Part shown: positions 9,590 to 19,176 of the stretch, in pieces | How the letters are laid out: each line of letters begins with the position of its first letter | Numbering within the stretch: the first letter of the stretch is position 1 | Origin: an uncultured Clostridia bacterium | GTDB taxonomy: Bacteria; Bacillota; Clostridia; Christensenellales; UBA1242 | Direction of reading: 5' to 3' | Assembly: GCA_947629745.1 (NCBI GenBank) | Contig: CANREZ010000003.1 | Coordinates: 30,713-94,712 of the forward strand | Length of the DNA stretch: 64,000 nt | The notes under the pieces: generated by a model | Told to the model about the DNA's origin: nothing | The model's database searches: none | The model's input: the letters and a program-made list of their open reading frames with translations, nothing else | Program-made: the position numbers and the translations under genes

Positions 9590-10795
9590 TTATTTTGCTT
9601 CGCCCTCACCTGCATGAGAATCGTACCAAGCAATTGCTTCGTTGACTGCCTTTAGATCAGACTGGAATTTGTCTAGCTGCCTTGTAAGCACTCTATTGGT
9701 CTTCTCTAGTGCAACTAGCCTATCCTTATTGGTCTTTAGCACTTGCTCGCAATTTTGCACACTATTCTTCAATTCTTGGAGTTGCTTTACTTCCTCATCA
9801 AGTTTTGCTTTCTTCTCAGCATCCACAGCCTTGGTTGATGCACCTACGCCGTACAAGCTTAGACGTTGTCTTGCAACGGAGATTTCCTTCTTCCTTGCCT
9901 TGTCGCTATCCTTCTCATATGCACGCTTGATCTTCTGGAGTGGAACGTATTCTTTCTTGTTCTCACGGAGTTCCTTCTCAGCGTCGCGAATCTCAATTGA
10001 TAGGTCTTCGCGCTTCTTCTCATAGTACTCACGAGTAAAGTATGGCTTGGTGTCAGTCTGGCGCTTTAATTTTGCCACTTCCTTCTTTAGCTCTTCGTTC
10101 TCGTCTTGTCTCTTCTTGAGTTCTTCCAAGTTATCAGCCTTTAGTTGGATGATATCTTTCCTTGACTGGATCTTGTATGCCTTTAGTGCATTGTATTCTT
10201 GTTGGATAAGATCTAGGTTCTCAGCCTGTGCCTTTTCCTTCTCAAGATTTTGCTGCTTCTGATTCAAGATATCTTGCCTTAGCTGTCTTAGCCTCTTTAC
10301 TTCCTCGCTGTCGTCTTTCTTCACGACCACGACCTTTGGCTCTTCTTTTGGCTCCTCTTTTGGCTCTTCCTTTGGTTCAGGTTTTGGCTCATTTGCTTTC
10401 TCACTAAGAGCTGTGATCATGATGCCACTCATGAGTTTGTCAAACTCTGGGTCGTCGTCCTCTTCCTCAGGCTCCTCGACCTTCTCCTCCACCATCTTCT
10501 TCTCTTCCTCAGCCTTGGTGGTGTCGACATTCTCGACAAGTGCTGGCTTTTCCTCAGCAATTGCCTCTACACTTGTAGTTGGCTCTTCGTAACCATAGGT
10601 CACATATGGAGTGTTCTCCGTAGTATTTTGCTCTTCTACTGGTTGTTCGACATTCTTTTGCTTCTTCTCACGATTGAAGAATACACCTGTGTGATTGTCA
10701 AATAATGACACGAGAAATTCTGCAATGAGAATTGCCACTAAACTGCCGATGCCAACTATCGCAAGCACTCCTAAAATACTTAAAAATATATCCAT
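9590..10795 (-). CDS. Hypothetical single-pass membrane protein with acidic linker and long coiled coil
   Basis: N-terminal TM ILGVLAIVGIGSLVAILIAEFLVSL, an E/P/K-rich linker including PKEEPKEEPKEEPK, then ~230 aa of heptad-like charged sequence. SD GGGGGA. Confidence 0.6.
   Translation of the reverse strand: MDIFLSILGVLAIVGIGSLVAILIAEFLVSLFDNHTGVFFNREKKQKNVEQPVEEQNTTENTPYVTYGYEEPTTSVEAIAEEKPALVENVDTTKAEEEKKMVEEKVEEPEEEDDDPEFDKLMSGIMITALSEKANEPKPEPKEEPKEEPKEEPKVVVVKKDDSEEVKRLRQLRQDILNQKQQNLEKEKAQAENLDLIQQEYNALKAYKIQSRKDIIQLKADNLEELKKRQDENEELKKEVAKLKRQTDTKPYFTREYYEKKREDLSIEIRDAEKELRENKKEYVPLQKIKRAYEKDSDKARKKEISVARQRLSLYGVGASTKAVDAEKKAKLDEEVKQLQELKNSVQNCEQVLKTNKDRLVALEKTNRVLTRQLDKFQSDLKAVNEAIAWYDSHAGEGEAK
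10334..10390 (-). repeat. In-frame 12-nt tandem repeat (about 5 imperfect copies) encoding (E/K)(E/P)PK units
   Basis: The plus strand reads ctttggctcttc ttttggctcctc ttttggctcttc ctttggttcagg ttttggctc. Confidence 0.7.
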
Positions 10796-10854
10796 AAATC
10801 CCCCTTTATGCTAATATAACTACCAAATTTGGTAGGAATATCTAAATTAAATGA

Positions 10855-11207
10855 TGGTGGAAGCGGTGGGAATTGAACCCACGTCCGAAAGTAAGACCTT
10901 CTAATCCTTCTACACGATTAGTGACCTATGAGTTGTCCTTGATATCACCTAGGCCACGAGTTTAATATCAAGTAACCCAAAATTTTGCTACACACAACTA
11001 TTGGGAGTAGAGGGTGTAGGAGCCGGCTTTAGTTTGTGCCCTAGATATCTCAGTCGGCTAGATATTAGGACATGTCGCGATTAAAAGTTACGCAACAGCT
11101 ACTGCTAAATTGTCGTTTGCAGTTAAATTTTAGGTGTCGTTTTATGGTAGTCGACCCTACCTCGTGCTAAACTAGACTTCCTAGATCCGTCGAAACCAGT
11201 CGCCCCC
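10855..11207 (-). ncRNA. ssrA: tmRNA (SsrA), one-piece, ~353 nt
   Basis: 5' end GGGGGCGACUGGUUUCGACGG pairs with the tRNA-like 3' end GGGUUCAAUUCCCACCGCUUCCACCA. The tag frame follows ..AAAAUUUAACU: GCA AAC GAC AAU UUA GCA GUA GCU GUU GCG UAA = ANDNLAVAVA (11088-11120). It starts 10 nt downstream of smpB. Confidence 0.9.
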
Positions 11208-11217
11208 ATCACGAAGT

Positions 11218-11664
11218 CTACAACTTCTTTAAGGCGCGTTGCATATCTCGATCCCTGTCACGCTCGGCAAGTGCCGCACGCTTGTCATATGTGTGTTTGC
11301 CTTGGCATAGACCGATCTCGAGTTTCACGAGTTTCCCCTCAAATCCAAGCCGGAGCGGGATGATAGTGAAGCCTTTTTGCGAAACCGCGCTAAATAGTTT
11401 CTCTATCTCTGCCCTATGCAGTAGTAGTTTCCTACTAGCACGCGGATCGGGAGTGAACGATGCTGACTTGTCATATGGCTTGATGTACATATTCTTTACA
11501 TAAGCCTCGCCACGTCTATCGATCACAACGAAACTATCTTTTAGGTTGCACTCGCCTGCGCGAATGCTCTTTACCTCACTACCTACCAACTTTATGCCAC
11601 AAACATATGACTTTATGACAATATAATCAAAATATGCTTTTTTGTTGGTTGTAACAACTTTCAT
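11218..11664 (-). CDS. smpB: SsrA-binding protein SmpB
   Basis: NKKAYFDYIV..., GSEVKSIR, C-terminal basic tail. Adjacent to ssrA. Confidence 0.92.
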   Translation of the reverse strand: MKVVTTNKKAYFDYIVIKSYVCGIKLVGSEVKSIRAGECNLKDSFVVIDRRGEAYVKNMYIKPYDKSASFTPDPRASRKLLLHRAEIEKLFSAVSQKGFTIIPLRLGFEGKLVKLEIGLCQGKHTYDKRAALAERDRDRDMQRALKKL

Positions 11665-11720
11665 TATTACTCTCCTATTATATCACATATTTTTAATTTT
11701 TCAATACTTTAGAGCGAATT

Positions 11721-14027
11721 TTAATCATTTTTTTGTCTTCCGCGCTCATCGTCATCATTATCTGATTTATTGTCAGAAACCTCACATATATAATCCATGT
11801 AGATCTGATGGGTAGGAATATCCACGTGCTCTATCCTAATCTTTAGTTTCTGGCCGATGTGATAACTATTTGACCTGCCTGCTAATTCCTGTATCTCGGA
11901 GTAGTAGGTATAATCATCTACTGGCAGGCAATCTATAGCGATCCTGCCCTCGCAAGTGTTACTTAGTTTCACAAAGACGTAGTGATCAGTAATGCCAGAT
12001 ATCCTGCCAACGAATTCTTCACCAATGTAGCGCTCCATATAGGCTGCGCGATATAGATCATCCACACTGCGCTCGGTCTCGTCAGCTTTCTTCTCACATT
12101 GTGAGGACTGGCGAGCAGCTGTGGCGACAAATTTGCCATAACGTTTATCCATAATATCTTTCTTAGTATTATGTAATAGATCTTTTACAACTCTATGCAC
12201 CACAAGGTCTGGGTATCTCCTGATCGGAGAGGTGAAGTGACAATAATCCTTGCTGGCTATTCCATAGTGGCCGACATTATTCTCGCTGTACTCAGCTTTC
12301 TTCAGCGACCTTAGGATTAGCGTATTTAGTTGCTCATACTCCTCTTCGTTGCATTGCTCCTTTATCTTGGTCATAATCTTCTGGAGCATCTTTGGAGTTA
12401 GGCTATCTACACCGATATCCCCTATATCGATGCCACAACCATCGACGATGGATAGCACTCGCTCGATCTTCTCCCCCGCAGGCTTGCCATGTACACGATA
12501 TATGAATGGTACATTAGATTCGGTGCAAAACTCTGCAATGGATTCATTGGCTGCGATCATGAAGGACTCGATCAGTTCGTGTGCCTCAAGGCGCTTCTTC
12601 TCTTTTAGCAAGACGATATTATCATAATCATCTAGCACTATCTCTACTTCTGGAATCTCAAACTCCAGTTGTCCACGTTTGTCACGCATATTCTTTAGGA
12701 TATGCGCTAGTTCGTTCATCTTCTTTAGCGTTGCGCCAAATGTCTTGCTCTCAGGAGATGTCGTATCCTTGCCATCCAATATCTCCTGCACCTTCGTATA
12801 AGTGAATTTCTTTTTGCTACGAATGATGGTCTCTGCTATATTACGCTTCACCACCTTGCCGCTACGGTCAATCTCCATGATACAGGATAGAGCTAGCCTA
12901 TCCTCGCCCTCATTTAGTGAGCAAATGCCGTTGGAGAGTTCCTTTGGGAGCATTGGCAGCACTCGGTCTGGAAAATACACGGATGTGCCACGAGCATAAG
13001 CCTCGCGGTCTATCACGTCTCCGCCATTTACATACTCGCTGACATCAGCAATGTGCACACCGAGCTTGTAATTGCCATTTGGCAGGATAGACAACGATAT
13101 AGCGTCATCAATATCCCTAGTATCCTCACCGTCGATAGTGAATATCTCTTCATTCCTAAGGTCTAGCCTACTCTTTAGATATTTGCTAGCGTTGATCTGC
13201 TGTGGGAGCATAGTCGCAGCCTTTATCACATTATTTGGGAAGATCACTCTAAGGCCATTGTCATAAGCAGTAGTGACCACTTCACGAGTTATAGGATTGT
13301 CAGTATTGATGATATCTATCACACGGCCCATCTTGCCATCATCGTTTATCCTAACTGCAACTAAGGTGCCATCCTCTAATCCCCTACAACTATCTATCTC
13401 GACAGGTACGACTGAAGAATATATTCTACTATTCGGGCTCACAATAGGCTTGCCAGTATTGGTACGCTCCAATTTGCCAACGACGACGTGTTCCTCACGT
13501 TTTACCACTCTTACCACGCGGCCTCTAAACCCAGCCCTGGTCCTATCATTGACCTCGACTAGGATGGTGTCACCTTGCATAGCGCCTGCTAGATTGCTGG
13601 TATCTAGATAAATACTGCTAAATTTATCCCCATCATCACCGGCTAGCCTGCAAAAAGCGAGTAACTCACCACTTGCAGAACGCACTAAATCGAGTGTTCC
13701 TTCTTGATTAAACGACTTGGTGATATTGCTGTATCTAGATCCTCTACTATTATTTTTATTCTTTCTTCTTCCCATTTTATCAAGTAGATCATTTAACTTT
13801 TCATTGTAGTGTTTATTGTACACATTTTCGGCTTGCTCGTAGATATCAGGCAGTAGATATTCCGGCAAATCTCCGTCACTCACTAAATGTTGCATGAGAT
13901 ATTCAACATCGTCGACCTCTTCACCTAGGGCCTCTGCTGCAATGCAAGCCACATACTTTGGATCGCGAACTTCTTCCAGATTATTGTCATGAATATACTT
14001 TAGTAAATCTTCTTTTGAAATCTTCAT
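11721..14027 (-). CDS. rnr: Ribonuclease R
   Basis: 768 aa. RNB catalytic region (FTIDGEDTRDIDDAISL, ...HFTSPIRRYPDLVVHR), cold-shock-like N-terminal domains, C-terminal S1 domain and basic/acidic tail. Classic secG-rnr-smpB order. Confidence 0.9.
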   Translation of the reverse strand: MKISKEDLLKYIHDNNLEEVRDPKYVACIAAEALGEEVDDVEYLMQHLVSDGDLPEYLLPDIYEQAENVYNKHYNEKLNDLLDKMGRRKNKNNSRGSRYSNITKSFNQEGTLDLVRSASGELLAFCRLAGDDGDKFSSIYLDTSNLAGAMQGDTILVEVNDRTRAGFRGRVVRVVKREEHVVVGKLERTNTGKPIVSPNSRIYSSVVPVEIDSCRGLEDGTLVAVRINDDGKMGRVIDIINTDNPITREVVTTAYDNGLRVIFPNNVIKAATMLPQQINASKYLKSRLDLRNEEIFTIDGEDTRDIDDAISLSILPNGNYKLGVHIADVSEYVNGGDVIDREAYARGTSVYFPDRVLPMLPKELSNGICSLNEGEDRLALSCIMEIDRSGKVVKRNIAETIIRSKKKFTYTKVQEILDGKDTTSPESKTFGATLKKMNELAHILKNMRDKRGQLEFEIPEVEIVLDDYDNIVLLKEKKRLEAHELIESFMIAANESIAEFCTESNVPFIYRVHGKPAGEKIERVLSIVDGCGIDIGDIGVDSLTPKMLQKIMTKIKEQCNEEEYEQLNTLILRSLKKAEYSENNVGHYGIASKDYCHFTSPIRRYPDLVVHRVVKDLLHNTKKDIMDKRYGKFVATAARQSSQCEKKADETERSVDDLYRAAYMERYIGEEFVGRISGITDHYVFVKLSNTCEGRIAIDCLPVDDYTYYSEIQELAGRSNSYHIGQKLKIRIEHVDIPTHQIYMDYICEVSDNKSDNDDDERGRQKND

Positions 14028-14041
14028 ATCGTCCCTCTAAC

Positions 14042-14068
14042 AAAAATGGCTCAAATGTCTTTGAGCCT
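14042..14068 (-). terminator. Terminator-like hairpin between secG and rnr
   Basis: Stem ggctcaaa/tttgagcc (14048-14055 / 14060-14067), 4-nt loop, then AUUUUUG. It ends ~14 nt before the rnr ATG. Confidence 0.55.
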
Positions 14069-14075
14069 AAAATTT

Positions 14076-14417
14076 TTATATCTGTTCCCCAGCAAATGCT
14101 AAGAACGTAGCATAATACAAAATTGCAAGCACAAATACACAAATACTAGAAATGATTATCACACGTTTTAGCCTACCCTCGCGAGTGAGCCCTTTGTTTT
14201 GTGCATAAAAACTTTCGTTATAACCGGTTATGGCGTTGCCACCATCAGGGTCTGACGGAGTGGCAAGTACGCAAATGGTGATAGCAAGGCAGAATAGTAC
14301 AATGAGCACAATTATCACCGACCTTACGATTGGCACACTCTTTGCAATCCAATCAGGTATTGCCACGTTGCTTGCAAGTAATTGTCCAAAATTTAGCATA
14401 AAAGTATTTCCCTCCAT
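14076..14417 (-). CDS. secG: Preprotein translocase subunit SecG (N-terminally extended)
   Basis: Two TM helices around a GGNAITG...YAQNKGLTREGRLKRV loop that aligns with the SecG G-rich loop and L.R.T motif. Conserved position upstream of rnr. An alternative start at ATG 14399 is possible. Confidence 0.6.
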   Translation of the reverse strand: MEGNTFMLNFGQLLASNVAIPDWIAKSVPIVRSVIIVLIVLFCLAITICVLATPSDPDGGNAITGYNESFYAQNKGLTREGRLKRVIIISSICVFVLAILYYATFLAFAGEQI

Positions 14418-14499
14418 AAAAATTCCTAAATATTATATCACAAAGATATATTAACTCAAAATGCATATCGCATAATTGTATCAACAATTATGTCAAATT

Positions 14500-14718
14500 T
14501 TATCTAGAAAGTATAGTATACGCCACCGCTAATATGACAAATAAGATAGAGAATGCAAATAGCAGATAATTCTTCACCAATTTGTCCTTGCCACCACGGA
14601 TGGATAGCACGAGGAAAACTAGGGCCAGTATCACTAGACTAAGGATGGTTAGTCCCCTAGTAGTGCTAGTCGCTTCTCTAAAAAAGTAATTAACAAAATT
14701 TTCCCAATATTGTCGCAT
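14500..14718 (-). CDS. Small hypothetical membrane protein (2 TM)
   Basis: 72 aa with two hydrophobic helices (LTILSLVILALVFLVLSI; LLFAFSILFVILAVAYTIL). No recognisable family. Confidence 0.45.
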   Translation of the reverse strand: MRQYWENFVNYFFREATSTTRGLTILSLVILALVFLVLSIRGGKDKLVKNYLLFAFSILFVILAVAYTILSR

Positions 14719-14796
14719 ATCAATTTCCTCTACTCTATTATATCTAAAAGTAACATTGATGTCAATACGTAGTTTGTCTCATAGACCGCAAGATAG

Positions 14797-16317
14797 CTAT
14801 TGCTCAATAATACTATCCTTGGTGAAACCTTTTGGAGCAGGCAGACCAAGTAAAGCCAAAATCGTTGGGGCTACATTAGATAGACTTCCCCCACTCTTTA
14901 GGTCATACTTCTTATCCGACACAATTATAAATGGCACGAGATTTGTCGTGTGCTCAGTAAGCACCCTACCATTCTCTCCTCTCATCACTTCGCAGTTGCC
15001 ATGGTCGGCCGTAATCACCGCAGTGCCGCCAATACTAAGAATTGCATCCACTAGGCGCTTTAGTTCCCTATCTATCACGCTCACAGCCTCGGCTGCAGCC
15101 TCTAAATTGCCTGTATGGCCAATCATATCGCAGTTGCTGTAATTTAATGCCATAAACTGATACTTTTTTGACAAAATCCTGCGTATAGCCTCATCTGTTA
15201 TCTCCACAGCACGCATCTGGGGGACGGCGTCAAATGGCGTATTCTTTAGAGTCTCGATGAGCACTCTATCCTCACCCTCATATGGTGCCTCTATCCCACC
15301 ATTTAGGAAGTACGTCACATGAGCATACTTCGTAGTCTCAGAAATTTTGAATTGATTTAGCCCATAATGAGATATTACTGCACTAAGGTTATCGGGTATC
15401 ACTTCTTCCTTAAATATTGGGTGGACGTGTCGGAATGTCTTGTCGTACACCGTCATTGTCACCATGTATAGATTATTTGCAATCTTCGGATACGACGGGA
15501 TATCCCCTTCCACTGCAAGGTGGGTGAATTCTCTCCCCCTATCCTCTCTATAGTTGTAGAAGAGCACGGCATCGCGGTCCTCAATTGTGTCCGAGCCTAC
15601 TATATATCCCGGCTCGATAAATTCGTCATAAATGCCTTGCTTATACATAGATTGCATGAAGTCCGAGATCTTATCCCGCTCTATCCTATGGCCAGTGTGG
15701 CGCGTCATATTCTCATATGCCCTATAGACTAGATTGTAATTTGACTCCCTATCCATAGTGTAGTATCTGCCAGCAATTGTGCCGATGGTGCAATTGGTCT
15801 TAGCACACACCTCGGCTAGCCTTGCCAAGTATTTCACTCCATCTTCCCTATAGGAATCTCGGCCATCAGTGATAGCATGTATCACGCACGGGATATTATT
15901 ATCCTTCATCACCTGCATTAGATAGAATAAGTGATCCATATGCGCGTGCACACCTATATCGGATAGCAGTCCCATTAGGTGCAATTTGTGCCCCGCTTTG
16001 CAGTATTTGATGAGATTTACAATCTCTTTATTGTCCTTTAGCGTGTCATCCTCGATACTCTTTTGAATTCGTAGCTGTGCCTGATACACTACTCGGCCTG
16101 CGCCAATATTTAGGTGACCGACCTCGGAATTTCCCATTTGTCCAGCAGGAAGTCCCACAGCCTGTCCACTGGCCTCAAGTGTGGTGAAGCTATAGTCATG
16201 CATATAGGAATACAAATTTTCTGGGTCGCCAATGCTAATCGCATTGCCATATTCCGTGCTAGTTAGCCCGAAACCATCGAGTATGATCAGCCCTACGAAG
16301 TTATCTTTCTTTACCAT
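14797..16317 (-). CDS. gpmI: 2,3-bisphosphoglycerate-independent phosphoglycerate mutase
   Basis: 506 aa. LIILDGFG, NSEVGHLNIGAGR, ITDGRD, ADHGN metal and phosphoserine motifs. Confidence 0.92.
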   Translation of the reverse strand: MVKKDNFVGLIILDGFGLTSTEYGNAISIGDPENLYSYMHDYSFTTLEASGQAVGLPAGQMGNSEVGHLNIGAGRVVYQAQLRIQKSIEDDTLKDNKEIVNLIKYCKAGHKLHLMGLLSDIGVHAHMDHLFYLMQVMKDNNIPCVIHAITDGRDSYREDGVKYLARLAEVCAKTNCTIGTIAGRYYTMDRESNYNLVYRAYENMTRHTGHRIERDKISDFMQSMYKQGIYDEFIEPGYIVGSDTIEDRDAVLFYNYREDRGREFTHLAVEGDIPSYPKIANNLYMVTMTVYDKTFRHVHPIFKEEVIPDNLSAVISHYGLNQFKISETTKYAHVTYFLNGGIEAPYEGEDRVLIETLKNTPFDAVPQMRAVEITDEAIRRILSKKYQFMALNYSNCDMIGHTGNLEAAAEAVSVIDRELKRLVDAILSIGGTAVITADHGNCEVMRGENGRVLTEHTTNLVPFIIVSDKKYDLKSGGSLSNVAPTILALLGLPAPKGFTKDSIIEQ

Positions 16318-16329
16318 ACTATCTCCATT

Positions 16330-17502
16330 TTATAGATCTTCTATCACGGACACTGCTGGCAGTTCCTTGCCCTCAAACATTTTAAGTGATGCTCCACCGC
16401 CTGTAGATATATGGCTAATGCCCTTAGCGTATCCGAATTTTACAACGGCTGCAGCACTATCTCCGCCGCCTACAATAGAATACGCATGAGACTTTGAGAT
16501 AGCCTTGCAGATAGACTTTGTGCCCTTAGCAAAACTTGGGGTCTCAAATATGCCCATTGGACCATTCCAAAGGATAGTTCCTGAGGACTTTATCACACGT
16601 CTAAATTGCCTTATCGTGCGGCTGCCAATATCCATGCCCATCATGTTGTCTGGGATATTTGTACACTTATCGTGTAATATTTTCTTAGGATCAGTGACGC
16701 TATCTGCAATAATATGGTCGCATGGCAAATAAATTTTCACTCCCATATCGTGTGCACGGGATAGTATATTTGATGCATCTGTCACCATATCTGGCTCGAT
16801 CTTGCTGATTCCCACGCTATATCCTTGTGCTTTTAGGAAAGTATACGCCATTGCCCCACCAATCAAGATATTGTCCACACGGTCGAGCAGGCTATATATC
16901 ATCTTTAGCTTATCACTCACTTTTGCCCCGCCAAGTATTGCGGTAAATGGCCTATCAGCGTGAATGAGTGCACGGTTAATACTCTCCACTTCATTTTGCA
17001 TAAGAAGTCCTATTGCGTTTGGCAATTTACTTGCAATGCCATAAGTCGAGGCGTGCTTCCTATGAGCAGTGCCGAATGCGTCATTGACGTATATATCACC
17101 AAGGGATGCTAGACGTGACACAAACTCTTCATCACAAGCCTCTTCCCCTGCCTCAAAACGCAAGTTCTCTAGCATTAGGATGCCACTCTTTAATCTCTTT
17201 AGCTTCTCCACACTATCTGGCCCTGCCACGTCATTTGCGAGCACGACATTCACGTTCATGAGTTCCCTTAGCCTCTTTGCGACCGGTTTCATGCTATATT
17301 TGCTATCCACTCCCTCAGGTCTGCCAAGGTGGCTCATCACTACCAGTTTTGCCCCTTTGCCTAGCAAATATGCAAGAGTCGGGACAGCTTCCTTTATCCT
17401 CGTGTCATCTGCTACTTTGCCGTCTTTTAGTGGCACATTAAAGTCCACTCGGACAAGAACGGTCTTCCCCGCAACATCTATATCTCTAATTGTTTTCTTC
17501 AT
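16330..17502 (-). CDS. pgk: Phosphoglycerate kinase
   Basis: VLVRVDFNVP, MSHLGRP, AILGGAKVSDK, STGGGASL motifs. Confidence 0.95.
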   Translation of the reverse strand: MKKTIRDIDVAGKTVLVRVDFNVPLKDGKVADDTRIKEAVPTLAYLLGKGAKLVVMSHLGRPEGVDSKYSMKPVAKRLRELMNVNVVLANDVAGPDSVEKLKRLKSGILMLENLRFEAGEEACDEEFVSRLASLGDIYVNDAFGTAHRKHASTYGIASKLPNAIGLLMQNEVESINRALIHADRPFTAILGGAKVSDKLKMIYSLLDRVDNILIGGAMAYTFLKAQGYSVGISKIEPDMVTDASNILSRAHDMGVKIYLPCDHIIADSVTDPKKILHDKCTNIPDNMMGMDIGSRTIRQFRRVIKSSGTILWNGPMGIFETPSFAKGTKSICKAISKSHAYSIVGGGDSAAAVVKFGYAKGISHISTGGGASLKMFEGKELPAVSVIEDL

Positions 17503-18430
17503 TTTCCTCTCCTAATGCTTTTAATAATATTTCGTATCTATCATTGGCACTCTTGGCCCCTACTATTGCTCTACGCGTCTCGGCCTTGTGTCTAGTGCGT
17601 TTTGCATACCATAGCAAATGTTTCATCATTTCTTTGTCAAGATGTCTATCACCCATATACTTTTTGTCCAGTTCCCAGTGCATCTTGACTAGTTCCCTAA
17701 TATCCATAGCCGGTGTATGTGTGAGCCTAGAGAATATATCCGGACATCCCAGCGCTCCACGGCCTATCATGACTGCGTCCACGCCGGTATCCAGCATACG
17801 CTTATATGTCTCCTCATCTACCACATCGCCATTACCTATCACAGGGATCTTTACGGCATCTTTTACTGCCCTAATAGTATCATAGTCGACTTTCCCGCTA
17901 TAACCTTGGGCGCGCGTCCTGCCATGCACCGTGATAGCCTTTGCTCCACATTCCTCGCACATCTTGGCAAAAGCTACTGCCACATTGTCACCCTCGCTAT
18001 ATCCTATGCGAAATTTCACCGTGATAGGTTTAGCTGTAGCATTCACGCACGCGGTGATTATTTCTCGCGCTAAATCCATATTTTTAAGTAGCGCACTACC
18101 TTGACCACAATTTACTATCTTTGGCGCAGGACAACCCATGTTGATGTCAATTATGTCAAAATCAGCTAGTGCTGGATGATTTACCGCACGCGCCATGATA
18201 TCCGGTTCGTTGCCAAAAATTTGTGCAACCTTGATCTTCTCATAGGGAGATACTGTAAGTAGTTTAATAGTATTTGGGCTATCGTACACCAAAGCCCTAG
18301 CACTCACCATCTCACACACGCCATAGTCCGCCCCACACGCAATGCAAGTCGCTCTAAACCCTACATCGCTCACGCCTGCCATGGGTGCCAGTATCAGATT
18401 GTGTTTTAGTGTAATATCCCCTATTTTCAT
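17486..18430 (-). CDS. dus: tRNA-dihydrouridine synthase
   Basis: LILAPMAGVSD, DINMGCP, FMN TIM-barrel motifs (VKFR, HGRT). Overlaps the pgk start by 17 nt. Confidence 0.88.
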   Translation of the reverse strand: MKIGDITLKHNLILAPMAGVSDVGFRATCIACGADYGVCEMVSARALVYDSPNTIKLLTVSPYEKIKVAQIFGNEPDIMARAVNHPALADFDIIDINMGCPAPKIVNCGQGSALLKNMDLAREIITACVNATAKPITVKFRIGYSEGDNVAVAFAKMCEECGAKAITVHGRTRAQGYSGKVDYDTIRAVKDAVKIPVIGNGDVVDEETYKRMLDTGVDAVMIGRGALGCPDIFSRLTHTPAMDIRELVKMHWELDKKYMGDRHLDKEMMKHLLWYAKRTRHKAETRRAIVGAKSANDRYEILLKALGEENEENN

Positions 18431-18801
18431 ATACTAATTTTATCAAAATAATATTTAATTGTAAAACAAAGCGCCCTACAATCTTATATAATATAAATAG
18501 TTATATATAATTTATAAACACATTAGAATGCAATAGGTACCTAATCACTTAACTCACTCATGAATATATTAGAATACAAACTCAATACATCTATAAATAA
18601 GAATGATATATATATATCCATATTTTTAACTACGAAAATTTTACCCGCAGGACATTTGCTAAAGTTTTAGGATATATCTATATATAAAATATATCCTATC
18701 TATGTAGTTACTAAAAGTGCTTCACATAAGACAGTTACAATTAGAATATATTTTACTACTAGAAGCACGGATATTTTAAACACAAAGTACATTATAGAGC
18801 A

Positions 18802-18835
18802 CAAAAAAAGTCTGTCACGTGGACAGACTTTTTTA
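18802..18835 (-). terminator. Strong terminator after hup
   Basis: a7-gtctgtc-acgtg-gacagac-t6 (stem 18810-18816 / 18822-18828). Confidence 0.8.
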
Positions 18836-18849
18836 ACTGTTTAGAGAAT

Positions 18850-19134
18850 TTATTTCTTCTTCTTATTGACAGCGTCCTTCAATGCTTTTCCTGCCTTGAA
18901 TACAGGTGCCTTGCATGCTGGGACTTTGACTACTTCCTTAGTCCTTGGGTTTACGCTCTTCCTTGCAGCTCTCTCTTTTACTGCAAACTTACCAAATCCA
19001 GCGATGGAAACTTCCTCGCCATGTGCTAATGTCTTGACGACGGTCTCTAGCACGGTGTCGACTACCTCGGTAGCGTCCTTTAGCGTTAGTTCTGTCTTGT
19101 CAGCAACTAATCTTACTAATTCAACTTTGTTCAT
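18850..19134 (-). CDS. hup: DNA-binding protein HU
   Basis: MNKVELV..., GFGKFAVKERAARKSVNPRTKE arm, 94 aa. Confidence 0.92.
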   Translation of the reverse strand: MNKVELVRLVADKTELTLKDATEVVDTVLETVVKTLAHGEEVSIAGFGKFAVKERAARKSVNPRTKEVVKVPACKAPVFKAGKALKDAVNKKKK

Positions 19135-19167
19135 AAACTTCTCCTTTTATTTTTTAGTTTATAACGT

Positions 19168-19176
19168 ATTATAACA
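19168..19176 (-). promoter_or_regulatory. Extended -10 element (TGtTATAAT) upstream of hup
   Basis: The minus strand reads TGTTATAAT ~35 nt upstream of the AAGGAG SD of hup. The -35 is weak. Confidence 0.4.

Noticed and set aside
7400-10855. Possible genomic island integrated at the 3' end of ssrA (three orphan monocistronic genes follow the tmRNA)
   Set aside because: There is no integrase or recombinase, and I could not find a duplicated copy of the tmRNA 3' end (att-like direct repeat) toward typA. The evidence is insufficient.
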